DNA of 64,000 nt from an uncultured delta proteobacterium. Lineage in GTDB: Bacteria; Myxococcota_A; Polyangia; Fen-1088. Below the pieces are notes generated by a model that saw only the letters and a program-made list of their open reading frames with translations, searched no databases and was not told the DNA's origin. The translations under genes and the position numbers were made by a program. The stretch covers positions 288,001 to 352,000 of the forward strand of contig CAVWIP010000010.1 of the NCBI GenBank assembly GCA_963755125.1, read 5' to 3'. This document shows, piece by piece, positions 10,601 to 18,020 of this stretch; the first letter of the stretch is position 1; each line of letters begins with the position of its first letter.

Positions 10601-11017
10601 CATCGACCGCTCATCCCAGACGCTCCGGTGAGCCGAAAAGATGAAGGTGTGGTCGTCGGGACCGTGTCGTAACAGCAGGGCTTTCCACACTGTCGACTGC
10701 GGTGACAGATCCCGCCGCGCGGCTTCCGCCGCATCCGCTAGCGCCGCGTCGGTTCCAGGCGCTTCGCGGATCTCGATCGGTTGCTGCGGGGCCTCGTCGG
10801 CGAGAATCCGTGCGATGGCGCCGTCGACAGCCTGAAAACGGGTGCGCAGGGCCGCGTGCCGAAGAGAGACGTGCCGCAGAGCACGCACGAGCCGCTCTGA
10901 CTGCAGGGGGCCCCTGATGCCCACGGCCTTCGTGACGGTGTTGACGGCGGGCGTGGGGTGCAGTTGGCCCGACAGGTAGAACTGGGCCTCGACCGGCGAT
11001 GCCGGGACGTGTTTCAT
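4658..11017 (-). CDS. hybrid NRPS-PKS: degenerate C - A (glycine-type) - T - KS - AT (malonyl) - ACP
   Basis: C motif HRSVWDE; A motifs YTSGSTGRPKG and NMYGPTETT; T FFELGGTSL; KS triad HTACS / EAHGT / NFGH; AT GHSIG and HAFH; ACP GLDSL. Start taken at MKHVPASP (11017); the ORF is open to 11113. Confidence 0.92.
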   Translation of the reverse strand: MKHVPASPVEAQFYLSGQLHPTPAVNTVTKAVGIRGPLQSERLVRALRHVSLRHAALRTRFQAVDGAIARILADEAPQQPIEIREAPGTDAALADAAEAARRDLSPQSTVWKALLLRHGPDDHTFIFSAHRSVWDERSMDLFAAEVSQLYHADPADSGPSRASAIDAAPLYSGDAYEDLVVEGARHLAAGLADVPALHGFPLKTTRPRILSVDAASVEIAFEHATTRLLSEVGRPWGLDPFTLQSTAAAYVLAQYCGQQKLAIGMPFCLRPAHSEQVLLGSHTAMLPLGFAAAAPTFAALASSFAASYSAARPFAAIPFHAVVKQCAARTDPSANPLFQIACVEDRHLLLQFDGCDCRSRAVPVPPQHVDLFLQFAPDTLRLAYATEIIHDEMAASLGRSISAFLTAALREPQRDLSSLPVLAERERAALVIDVNRTDEPSFLNQDLYSIATRHCNPANHQNALVCNGRSLSYADLLRAVESVAARLSEAGVAEQDLVGICLPRSSDMVAAMLAVLRCGNAYVPLDPAFPRERLSYMVEHSRLAHVITSKALRPLCDCQDVRFIELDDGCQPAGRAPEPARPPVAAKAYVIYTSGSTGRPKGVAVSRGAVANFLLSMLRRPGIRHDDTLCSVTTLSFDIAVLELLAPLCAGATVVIATEEEARDPRLLAALLQAHPITLLQATPITWQMLCASGWSGDKALTALCGGEALAPALAQALAPRVRALWNMYGPTETTVWSTCHRIDDPHAAISVGTPIHNTYVYVLDDHRRPVPAGVEGQLFIGGAGVALGYLHDEQMTSKRFLADPFRAEGRMYDTGDRARFDHQGLLTIVGRSDSQVKLRGFRIELGEIETRLSSFAGIEQVVCIVRRDDPENPELVAYYVLKPAAPEPSVAELRQHCGAALPAYMIPSRFARLDALPLTPNGKVDRKTLPAPDGERPAAAARATPALPRSDVERALLDIWCSVLSTNTASVNDNFFELGGTSLAAFSVAQQITQRLGVELPVLRIFEHPTIAALAQFLRGSQADCKCVREAYQRAQTRRRAAASQTAFDVAIVGAAGRFPGARSLEQLWENLCEGRETVTFFRRDELDPLVPAHDRNDANYIPARGVLEDVDLFDAAFFGINPNEAELMDPQLRVFMEVAWEAFENAGHVGENIDGPVGVWAGMGNNFYYHYNVLTRPDKLAVMGEITAEIANEKDHIAPRVSHKLNLTGPSLSVHTACSTTLVVVENAYQALVSHQVDVALAGGVDIRTPQKSGQRYEEGGVFSIDGHCRPFDAAATGTMFGEGAGAIVLKRLDDALRDRDTIHAIIKGAAVNHDGGRKVSYLAPSVEGQARVIASALALGDVNPDTITYVEAHGTATPIGDPIEVESLTRVFRTFTQRRNYCALGSIKGNFGHATTAAGIAGVLKVVLALRHRKIPPTLHFTTPNPRIDFATSPFFVNTRLIDWEPRGIPRRASVSSFGFCGTNAHVVLQEAPASEPSSSPARPAQLVLLSARSPQALDQAAQRLSVALQGASQEELADAAFTTQVGRKRFEYRRCAVVRTAHDAQDVLSQASSPLSLLLKSESDSPPVAFMFPGQGSQYINMGLRLYQGEEPFREMVDRCAKALAPHLGCDLRAFLFPDPADAETATQSLNNTFYTQPAIFTVSYALASLLMHWGIEPSAFIGHSIGEFVAATLSGVMELDEALRLVATRGRLMQGLPAGSMLSVRLPVEKLAGRLPPGADLAAVNGPQLCVVAGPSETLHRLSDQLSADGAMCRMLHTSHAFHSSMMDPVVEPFLRTVESVRLSAPRIPFVSTVTGDWIAPSQVTDPSYWAGHLRSPVQFSKAVQVLLQDSQQVMVECGPRRTCVALAHQHRPANPSRVISCMPDSAEPDDEYTSVLLGLGALWLNGCTVDWRAFHDHEQRRRVALPGYPFQRKRYWIEPGNTARFGLEAASRSQPVAPAAPGPASNGEQEMGKRDEVMTALVALLEEALGAKIESFDEEAQFIALGLDSLLVTQLARMVRVRLDFAVTFRQLSERYSTPKLLADAIRAARAAAPGAPAVDSRTTRPVSAAGAAPASASAPARVPQAGDTSAAPAPSKGRVPGARLGHDEHGRPAWFAPDPNRPGKYLKVENHD

Positions 11018-11310
11018 GGGGATGAAACCTCTCGCGTTCCGGGCTGGCAGATGGTCAGCGACGTGGCTGGCTGACAGACCAACCTCGCGGACAGCGGCAG
11101 TGCCGCATCCCATCCCTGCCGATTGAGCCTGGCTTGGTCAACAAAACAACCAAGCCCGTACCCACTTGCCACACCACCGGCATCCAACAGGCAAATGACT
11201 TCACCGAACACGGTGCGACAAGTTACGCCAACCCTGTTGCGCCGGTCAAGTTTGGCCCGCCACTCGCGGGTGAGGGAAGTCGTTCATGCCAACCTGAGCC
11301 GGAAAGCTAG

Positions 11311-12603
11311 ATGACGGTCGGTGTTGGACATCCACGCGTTACTCTCGCAGGACTTCCCCTGCCGGGTGAAGTCGAGCGGGATTGGCGCGAGCTCGAGACT
11401 CGCAGCGATCGCTCCTTCTTCACCTCATGGTCCTGGATTGGTGCCTGGCTGAGTGCCCTGCCCTCCAACATACGTCCGGAGTTGCTGCGGGTGGAATCAC
11501 AGGGGCGCACCATTGCTCTCGGGGTACTGGTTCGTCGTTTCCTGCGGCGACACGGTGTCTTCTCGTCTCGGGCGCTGTTTCTGAACTCCACCGGCGACCC
11601 CCGCCTGGACGAGATCACCATCGAGTACAACGGCCTGCTGTGCGAGCGCGGATTCGAGCATGAGGCTGCGCAAGCTTGCATCGACTTCTTGCTCTCCCGG
11701 GACGATTGGGACGAATGGTTTCTTGATGGACTGCAAGACTCTGGGCTCTCTCGCCGCGTGCCGGCACGAGAGGTCGACTGGGCACTGAGCCGCCAGGCCA
11801 AGTGCCACCATGTGGATCTCGAGGTGCTGCGGCGTTCGGGCGGCGAGTATCTCGCCCTTTTGGGATCCAACACCCGCCACGCGATCCGCCGTAGCATTCG
11901 CGAATATGAAAAGCTCGGGCCGCTCGTCCTCGAAAACGCGGCCACCCCGGAACAGGCGGCTGCGTTTCTCTCTGGGCTCACGCAACTGCACCAAGCCTAT
12001 TGGCAGGCCAAGGGTCTGTCAGGGTCGTTTGCCAATCCATTCTTCGTGGAATTCCACGGGCGCCTGCTGCGCTCGCTTTTTGCCGAAGGCTCGATCCAAC
12101 TATTGCACCTGCGCGCCGGCAACCAAAGTGTCGGCTACCTTTACAACTTCGTCGACCGGGGACGAGTCTACAATTACCAGTCCGGCTTCAACTATGCGTT
12201 GTGCCCCCACTCACATGGCCATCCCGGATTGGTCGCACACTCCTACGCGGTGGAGTTCAATCGCACGCTCGGTCACCGGTTCTACGAGTTCATGGCCGGT
12301 GAGGGCCAGCACAAGCAGACTCTCGCGCTCGGCTCGACTGACATGGTCTGGCTGGTGGCCCGCCGCCCGCGTCTCAACTTCTTGCTGGAGGACTGCCTGC
12401 GCTGGGTTCGGGCGCGGACACTGCAGACCTTTTCGGAGGTGCGCAAGAAGCTTGGCACAGCGGCGGACGACGTCGCTAGACGCAAGCCCATCATGCCCTC
12501 AGACGTCAAGCTCCAGCCAATCACTGTGCCAAAGCAACCGGCAGGCGCGGTCGCAGGGACCATCGCTGCCCAGGATCCCGCCGGTGCAGTGCAGGCCTTC
12601 TAG
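11311..12603 (+). CDS. CelD/BcsL-like GNAT-family acyltransferase
   Basis: WRELE..SDRSFFTSWSW, EYLALLGSNTRHAIRRSIR, YNYQSGF, PGLVAH, YEFMAGEGQHK match the pattern of this family. Confidence 0.8.
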   Translation: MTVGVGHPRVTLAGLPLPGEVERDWRELETRSDRSFFTSWSWIGAWLSALPSNIRPELLRVESQGRTIALGVLVRRFLRRHGVFSSRALFLNSTGDPRLDEITIEYNGLLCERGFEHEAAQACIDFLLSRDDWDEWFLDGLQDSGLSRRVPAREVDWALSRQAKCHHVDLEVLRRSGGEYLALLGSNTRHAIRRSIREYEKLGPLVLENAATPEQAAAFLSGLTQLHQAYWQAKGLSGSFANPFFVEFHGRLLRSLFAEGSIQLLHLRAGNQSVGYLYNFVDRGRVYNYQSGFNYALCPHSHGHPGLVAHSYAVEFNRTLGHRFYEFMAGEGQHKQTLALGSTDMVWLVARRPRLNFLLEDCLRWVRARTLQTFSEVRKKLGTAADDVARRKPIMPSDVKLQPITVPKQPAGAVAGTIAAQDPAGAVQAF

Positions 12604-13320
12604 ACTGTAGATGGGGTGCGGAGGCTCTCGCCAGCGGCCGTATTCAAACACCTGCGACAGTTGTAGCACAATGCCAACGCGGGCCCCTGCGTAGCGGGCC
12701 ATCTCCGGCATGAACATGAGCCCCTCGCGCTGACCCAGCAGATCGAGTCGGCCGTGGATCTGCTGCAAGGACCGGATGCGCGCAAACCGCGCCTCTCCCC
12801 GGGCCGGGGCCAGGCCTTGCGGCTGTGGCTCGGCCGGATCGAGCCATTCGTCCCGGAACATCATGGGGCAGTGACGCCCACAACCAGTCCTGCCGTCGCC
12901 GGTGCAGTCGACACCAGCAAGCAGGACCGTGTGCGAGACGGGACGCATGTTTCCCTGGTCGTCGATCATGCGACGGACGTTCTTCATCACACAATAGACC
13001 TTCGAGCAGGTGGGCGGCCGCGCGGCGGTGAACTCGCTGCATCGCAGGCACGATCCGCCCTCCAGGACGTCCCGCACCCGCGCCTCGTCACGCACCCGGA
13101 CCCAGTCGCCTTCGGCAAACCGTGATGGGGCGCCCAGCGGGTCTTGGGGCGGGACGGCTGCGACGGGATGGAACAGGCAACGAATGCTGCTCTCGATGGC
13201 AAGACCTCGTCCCAGCCGCCCGCTGATACGCTCGCGCAGCGAATGTTGAGCAATGATGTTGAAACGCTGGCAGCGGCCAGTGAGATACGGCATCGGGGGT
13301 AGGGTCGGGGTGAAAAGCAT
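12499..13320 (-). CDS. hypothetical protein with two tandem Cys-motif repeats (xVRVR...GxxCTG...CxRxC...WL); start uncertain
   Basis: Repeat 1 GDWVRVRD...LAGVDCTGDGRTGCGRHCPMMFRDEWL; repeat 2 ARIRS...GLMFMPEM...LEGLHCTGG...CDRACRLLWHSDWL. The 3' end overlaps the convergent GNAT by 105 bp. Confidence 0.6.
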   Translation of the reverse strand: MLFTPTLPPMPYLTGRCQRFNIIAQHSLRERISGRLGRGLAIESSIRCLFHPVAAVPPQDPLGAPSRFAEGDWVRVRDEARVRDVLEGGSCLRCSEFTAARPPTCSKVYCVMKNVRRMIDDQGNMRPVSHTVLLAGVDCTGDGRTGCGRHCPMMFRDEWLDPAEPQPQGLAPARGEARFARIRSLQQIHGRLDLLGQREGLMFMPEMARYAGARVGIVLQLSQVFEYGRWREPPHPIYSLEGLHCTGGILGSDGPCDRACRLLWHSDWLELDV

Positions 13321-13376
13321 GCGCTCGTTCGAGCTTGGCTTGAGGTCGCAGGGAGATTCCGTCTGTCGCACCACGA

Positions 13377-14474
13377 TCAAGGGGTCTTGCCGCGACCGGA
13401 TTCGCGCGCCTTGCGCCAGACGAATCTCGCGTAGCCGCGCAATGAAGGTCTGTGCACGACAACCCAGAGATGCTCCCGCAAGCGATCCGTCCACTTGAGC
13501 TTCCACTCGGCGGCTTCTCCGAGAAAGTCGAAAAGCTTGAGCCCGCGCCGTTCCGCGTCCGCTGCGGTTTGCGCCACCATGAGATGCCCGGGACTGATTG
13601 AGGCGTACGCGGGATCGAAGCCGATCTTGGCGGCGTACAGCGTGTGGCCGTCTTCCATGGTGAAAAGGCAAGCGATGCGCTGCCCTGCGACCGTCACGAA
13701 GTTCAGACTCATGCTTCCGCGGGGGCCGAACACATCCAACAACGCGCGATAGAAGTAGGTCAGCCGCGCATCGCTGCCAATGCTCGTGCCTGCTCCGCCC
13801 TTCCAGGCCATGGCTTCGATGGCCAAGGCGTCGGCGAACTCCGCCGGCGACGGGGCGGTGAGGCGCTCAAAGGCCAGATCTCCGGCTTTGCGCGTGCAGC
13901 GACGGATATTGGTCCGGAACTTCGCGTCGAGCCGCTCCTCAAATCGGGGAAGCAAAAAATACGGCACGCCGTGGCTCGGGCTGGCCTTGATGAAGCAGCC
14001 CCAGCGACGGGCGAGCATGGGCAGTTCGGTTGCCAACGGCGACTCGGCCGGGATGTGGCCAAGCACGAAACGCTCCCAGCGGGGGTTCGCTCGCAACGCT
14101 TCCCAGATTGCCGAGAGCGCGCCCGAATCTCCCCAGAAGTCAAAACGGGGAGAATGTTCACTGCGCAGCGGGTGTAGGTCCGGGCCGTGCAACGTGACGG
14201 GCAGCACACCGGCCAGCCGGCCCGCCCGAACTGCCACGGCCAGATGAAACTCGCCGGCCGGGTCAGCAACGGCGCGTGTGAGATCGAAGAACTCGGGTTG
14301 AAGAAATGGCGGGGCGTCGGCAGAGAGACGCCGCCATTCTTTCCAGAGCTGACCGCCGTTTTGCGCAGCAGACGCAAACGGGATGCAAGTCGGCTTGTCC
14401 AGGGCCATAGCACGGTCGTCTGCAGACGGATCGCCTGTGCGGGGACGTGGGCTGATTGGTACCGCGCCAGTCAT
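13377..14474 (-). CDS. CelD/BcsL-like GNAT-family acyltransferase
   Basis: EWRRL...PPFLQPEF, KFRTNIRRCTRK, IEAMAWKG, KIGFDPAYASISPGHL, FDFLGEAAEWKLKW. Start could be 14474 or 14408. Confidence 0.82.
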   Translation of the reverse strand: MTGAVPISPRPRTGDPSADDRAMALDKPTCIPFASAAQNGGQLWKEWRRLSADAPPFLQPEFFDLTRAVADPAGEFHLAVAVRAGRLAGVLPVTLHGPDLHPLRSEHSPRFDFWGDSGALSAIWEALRANPRWERFVLGHIPAESPLATELPMLARRWGCFIKASPSHGVPYFLLPRFEERLDAKFRTNIRRCTRKAGDLAFERLTAPSPAEFADALAIEAMAWKGGAGTSIGSDARLTYFYRALLDVFGPRGSMSLNFVTVAGQRIACLFTMEDGHTLYAAKIGFDPAYASISPGHLMVAQTAADAERRGLKLFDFLGEAAEWKLKWTDRLREHLWVVVHRPSLRGYARFVWRKARESGRGKTP

Positions 14475-14520
14475 GTTGCCTTGGCCCAGCTTCACATCTG
14501 CGCTAGCGCCCGGGCGCGCC

Positions 14521-15681
14521 TCAATGGGCGGACTCCATTCTTCGACGTAAGGCCTGCTGATAGATTGCGAGCGTGCTGTCGGCAATCTTGTCCCAGCTCA
14601 GATATTCCTCCGCTCTCTTTCGCAGCCGCCGGGCGACATCGCTTCGCAATGCTTGGGAGCCCAGAACCTCCACAATCCGCTCCGCCAGTTGCTCGGCGTT
14701 GTCGTTGTCGACCCAGATCCCGCAGTCGCCAATGTGCTCGGGGATTGCCGCGTTCTTCGTCGCGATCACGGGCAATTCCGTGGCGGCGGCCGTGGCGGCG
14801 GCAAACCCCGCGAAGCCGCCCGAATAGGGCAACACGCAGATCAGGGAGGTCTGATACTGGCGGAAGATTTCCTGCTGGGTAATCTGGTTGAGCCAAACGA
14901 TGTCGTTCTGCACTCCGCATTCGCGCGCCAGTTGTTCCGCCTCTTCTGGCGTGTCAGACCCGAAATGGCCGTGCACCTTCAGCTTGGGAGCATGGGCCCC
15001 CATCCGCTCTTTCAGCAACGCCATGGCCTTGAAGAGCGTCGACAGGCCTTTGCCGCTCATGAGATGGTGCCCGCCGTAGAAAATGATCCCTTCGCGGGGC
15101 TGCTTTTCCTCCAGTGCCGGGAGTTCCGTTCCGTGGAGCACGACTGCGATCAAGCGCGCATCCACCCCCAGGTGGACGAGTTGGTCCCGCAAGGCGCTGT
15201 CGTGCACGATGATGGCATCGGCCTTGTTGTACGTCTGGTTGCGTTCGGGAGACTCAAGCTGGCGGCTGTCCAATTCGTGAACGGTTATCACCCGAGCAGC
15301 CCGCGACGGCTGATTGAGCCAGTGGAACACCACGTCGGATCCATAGGCGTTCAGGATCTGCTGGAAGTGCACCACCTCCGCCTCTTGCGACAGACTCCCG
15401 TATTTCCTGGCGCGGAAGTAGCAGAACAGACTCCTCACCCTCACCCGCAGCCAGCGCTTCCAGGGCCTGGTCGAGTGGTAGTCACTGATGTTGGGCATTT
15501 CAAAGTACTGGCACCCTTGAATCTGGAATCCCCGGTTCACTTCCGTGGGATTTCCGCACCCGCAGTTGGACCCCAGCCACTGTACCGCGCCGCCGGTCTT
15601 CCTTTCGATCGCCTGCTTGAGCGAGTCGACGTAGGCCCCGTAGGAAGTTTGGAAGGGACAAGAGATGATGGCCACCCGCAT
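14521..15681 (-). CDS. glycosyltransferase family 4 (GT-B)
   Basis: GGAGG RBS before MRVAII; ITVHE, KGLSTLFKAM, PVIATK..AIPEHIGDCG, YLSWDKIA. Confidence 0.8.
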   Translation of the reverse strand: MRVAIISCPFQTSYGAYVDSLKQAIERKTGGAVQWLGSNCGCGNPTEVNRGFQIQGCQYFEMPNISDYHSTRPWKRWLRVRVRSLFCYFRARKYGSLSQEAEVVHFQQILNAYGSDVVFHWLNQPSRAARVITVHELDSRQLESPERNQTYNKADAIIVHDSALRDQLVHLGVDARLIAVVLHGTELPALEEKQPREGIIFYGGHHLMSGKGLSTLFKAMALLKERMGAHAPKLKVHGHFGSDTPEEAEQLARECGVQNDIVWLNQITQQEIFRQYQTSLICVLPYSGGFAGFAAATAAATELPVIATKNAAIPEHIGDCGIWVDNDNAEQLAERIVEVLGSQALRSDVARRLRKRAEEYLSWDKIADSTLAIYQQALRRRMESAH

Positions 15682-15771
15682 GATGATCTTCCTCCCGCCA
15701 AAGTTCGTGTCAGGCAAGTCTGGTCAAGTCAAGCGCACAGAGTGGTGAATCGAAGAGCTGCTACAGCAGCG

Positions 15772-16497
15772 TCACACATCCATCAGCACCACGCCGAGAA
15801 CGCGTGAGCCCCCGGCCTGTTCCAGCGCCGCGGTCAGCGCGCGGCCACGGGTCTGGCGCGCCCGAGCGGCGATCACGATGCCGTCCGCTCCATCTTCCAG
15901 CAAGGGCATGTCCAGGCCGGTAAGGATCGACGACGTGTCGATGACCATGTAGCTGTAGGCAGCGCGCAGGCTGGCGAGGGCCGCCAGCAGGTTGGGCCCG
16001 TGCAAAAGCGGCCGAGGCTCGGACCGCGGCTGCACGGCAAGCACGTCGAGATCGTAGGGCGCGATCTGGGCCACCGTCCAGGGGCGCGTGGGCTCGCTTC
16101 GGTGCTGGCTAAGCTGGTCGAGGAAGCAGCCCGGCGGCAAGAAACCCAACAGCCCGGCCAGCGCCGGTCGTGCCGTGTTCGCCTCCAGCAACAGCACGCG
16201 GTTACGTCCCGACTCCGCCAGAGCCCAGGCCAGATTGAGCGCGCAGGTGGTCTTGCCCTCCCCATCCTGCGCGCTGGTCACGACGAGCACCTTGGGATCA
16301 CCCCGGTCAGCCAGCCGGTGGCGCAGAACCCGGAAACTGGCTGCGCGCGCCGACAAGGGGTTGTCAAAGATGGCCGCACGCGGGTCGGGTTCCGCCGCGG
16401 TTCTGACCCGCACGCGTTCCACCACCGCGGCTCTCACCGCTGGGTCGGGCCGGCTGGGATTGCTGTCGGAACCCACGGCCGATCGTGCTTCACTCAT
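15772..16497 (-). CDS. stand-alone CpsD/CapB-type BY-kinase (P-loop)
   Basis: ASFRVLRHRL, VTSAQDGEGKTT (Walker A), YMVIDT, ADGIVIAAR, VLGVVL. ATG at 16497 overlaps the upstream stop. Confidence 0.85.
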   Translation of the reverse strand: MSEARSAVGSDSNPSRPDPAVRAAVVERVRVRTAAEPDPRAAIFDNPLSARAASFRVLRHRLADRGDPKVLVVTSAQDGEGKTTCALNLAWALAESGRNRVLLLEANTARPALAGLLGFLPPGCFLDQLSQHRSEPTRPWTVAQIAPYDLDVLAVQPRSEPRPLLHGPNLLAALASLRAAYSYMVIDTSSILTGLDMPLLEDGADGIVIAARARQTRGRALTAALEQAGGSRVLGVVLMDV

Positions 16498-18020
16498 GGT
16501 GTCCTCCGGATCGGCTTGCTCGCGGGCGGCGCGGGCCGGCGTTTCCGGCGCGGCTCGCACGGCACCTCGGCCAGCAGCGGCGGCAGGCGAAGGCGCGTGA
16601 GATCGAAACCAGCGCGCAGGCGATCATCGAAGAACACCAGCAGCAACGACAGGCCGAAGGCCAGGGTCAAGGAGGCGCCCGCCCCCAGCGCGCCCAGCTT
16701 CAGACGGCTGCGGCGCTCCGCTCGGGCGGGCAGGAAGGCGGGGTCGACCACCACCAGCTCGCCGGTCTTGTCCTGCAGATCCAGCGTCGCCTCCAGCGAG
16801 GCCTGGAACTGCTTGCTCTGGATCACGGCCAGGCGATCCCGCGCCTCGGACACACGACGGTCCATCTCGGCAAGCTGGGTGCCCAGCTCGAGCAGGCGTT
16901 TGGGATCGTGTTCCAGCGCCTTGGCCCGCGCCTGCATGATCTGCTTCTCGATGAGGGACAGGCGCTGGCGCGTGGATGGATCGGTAACCGGCGCCGCTGC
17001 CTCGACCTCGGGAGTAGGCAGAGGCGGAGGCGCGACCGCGGCCTTTTTGGCCGCGAGGATGGCATCCTCGACCTTGCGCAGCCGATCGCGCGCGGCAACT
17101 GCCGCCTCGCTGGCCTGACGCACGTCGGGATACTCGGGGGTGAATTGCTTCTGCTTCTGCGCCAGGTCGCGCTGGGCTGCGATGAGGTCAGCCTGGGCCG
17201 CTTCCTTCTCGGCCAGCAAGGCGGCATCGACGAGAGCGGTCTCCGCCGCAGCTTCACGCTTCTCGGATTTCGATGGCTCGCTGCCCCGATCGCGCAGCCT
17301 CGTCGCCCGCGCCTCCAGCCGGGACACCAACCCGTCCTGCTGCTTGGGTTCGGAACTCACCGCGCGCAGGGGCGCACCGGGCGTCACCGGGCCGGTCCCC
17401 ATGGCCAGGGCCATCTCGGGATGCCGGGCGAGAAACTGCGTGAATTCCGCCTCGCGCGCTCGTAGCACCTCCTCGGCCCCGCGCTTCTGTGCGTCGAAGA
17501 ATTGCTGGGTCTTGACCGCATCCTGGGTGCGCCAGGTGCGATGCACGTCGAGCAACATCTCGGCTGCCCGCGCTGTGACCAACTGCGCCCGCTGGGGAGA
17601 TTCGTCCTCGAAGCTGATGCGAAAGGTGTCGCCGCCGCCCGAGTCGAACTTGAGGTGCTGCTTGCGCATGTCCTCGGCAGCGTCCAGAAGTCCGCTGCGC
17701 CTCACCTGATCGGGGTAGAGATGAAACTCCTTCACCAGACCGACGACTCGCTCGCGTGTGAGGAGCATCTCCTTCAGGCGCGCGGCGAGCTGGCGCGAGG
17801 GATCGCCCTCGGTCTGCGAGACGATGTTGGCGCCGGGCGAAGCCCGATAGACGAGCACGACCTCCGATCGGTACATGGGACGCACCACCCGCAGAACGCC
17901 CATGGTCGCCACCAGCCCCAGCAGCAGTCCCAGCCACAGCACGCGCGAATGCAGAGCGCGCCCGACCATGAGCAACGCGGTTCGCAACCCGAGCCAGCCA
18001 TTGTATGCTTCGCCTGTCAC
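16494..18020 (-). CDS. Wzc/GumC-like polysaccharide co-polymerase (membrane part)
   Basis: N-terminal TM followed by PMYRSEVVL, long coiled coil, FTPEYPDV motif, VVDPAFLP and a C-terminal TM. Confidence 0.82.
   Translation of the reverse strand: MTGEAYNGWLGLRTALLMVGRALHSRVLWLGLLLGLVATMGVLRVVRPMYRSEVVLVYRASPGANIVSQTEGDPSRQLAARLKEMLLTRERVVGLVKEFHLYPDQVRRSGLLDAAEDMRKQHLKFDSGGGDTFRISFEDESPQRAQLVTARAAEMLLDVHRTWRTQDAVKTQQFFDAQKRGAEEVLRAREAEFTQFLARHPEMALAMGTGPVTPGAPLRAVSSEPKQQDGLVSRLEARATRLRDRGSEPSKSEKREAAAETALVDAALLAEKEAAQADLIAAQRDLAQKQKQFTPEYPDVRQASEAAVAARDRLRKVEDAILAAKKAAVAPPPLPTPEVEAAAPVTDPSTRQRLSLIEKQIMQARAKALEHDPKRLLELGTQLAEMDRRVSEARDRLAVIQSKQFQASLEATLDLQDKTGELVVVDPAFLPARAERRSRLKLGALGAGASLTLAFGLSLLLVFFDDRLRAGFDLTRLRLPPLLAEVPCEPRRKRRPAPPASKPIRRTP

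Noticed and set aside
11018..11310. Sigma54 promoter or riboswitch in the divergent NRPS-PKS/GNAT intergenic region
   Set aside because: I could not identify a convincing GG-N10-GC box or conserved RNA structure by eye.
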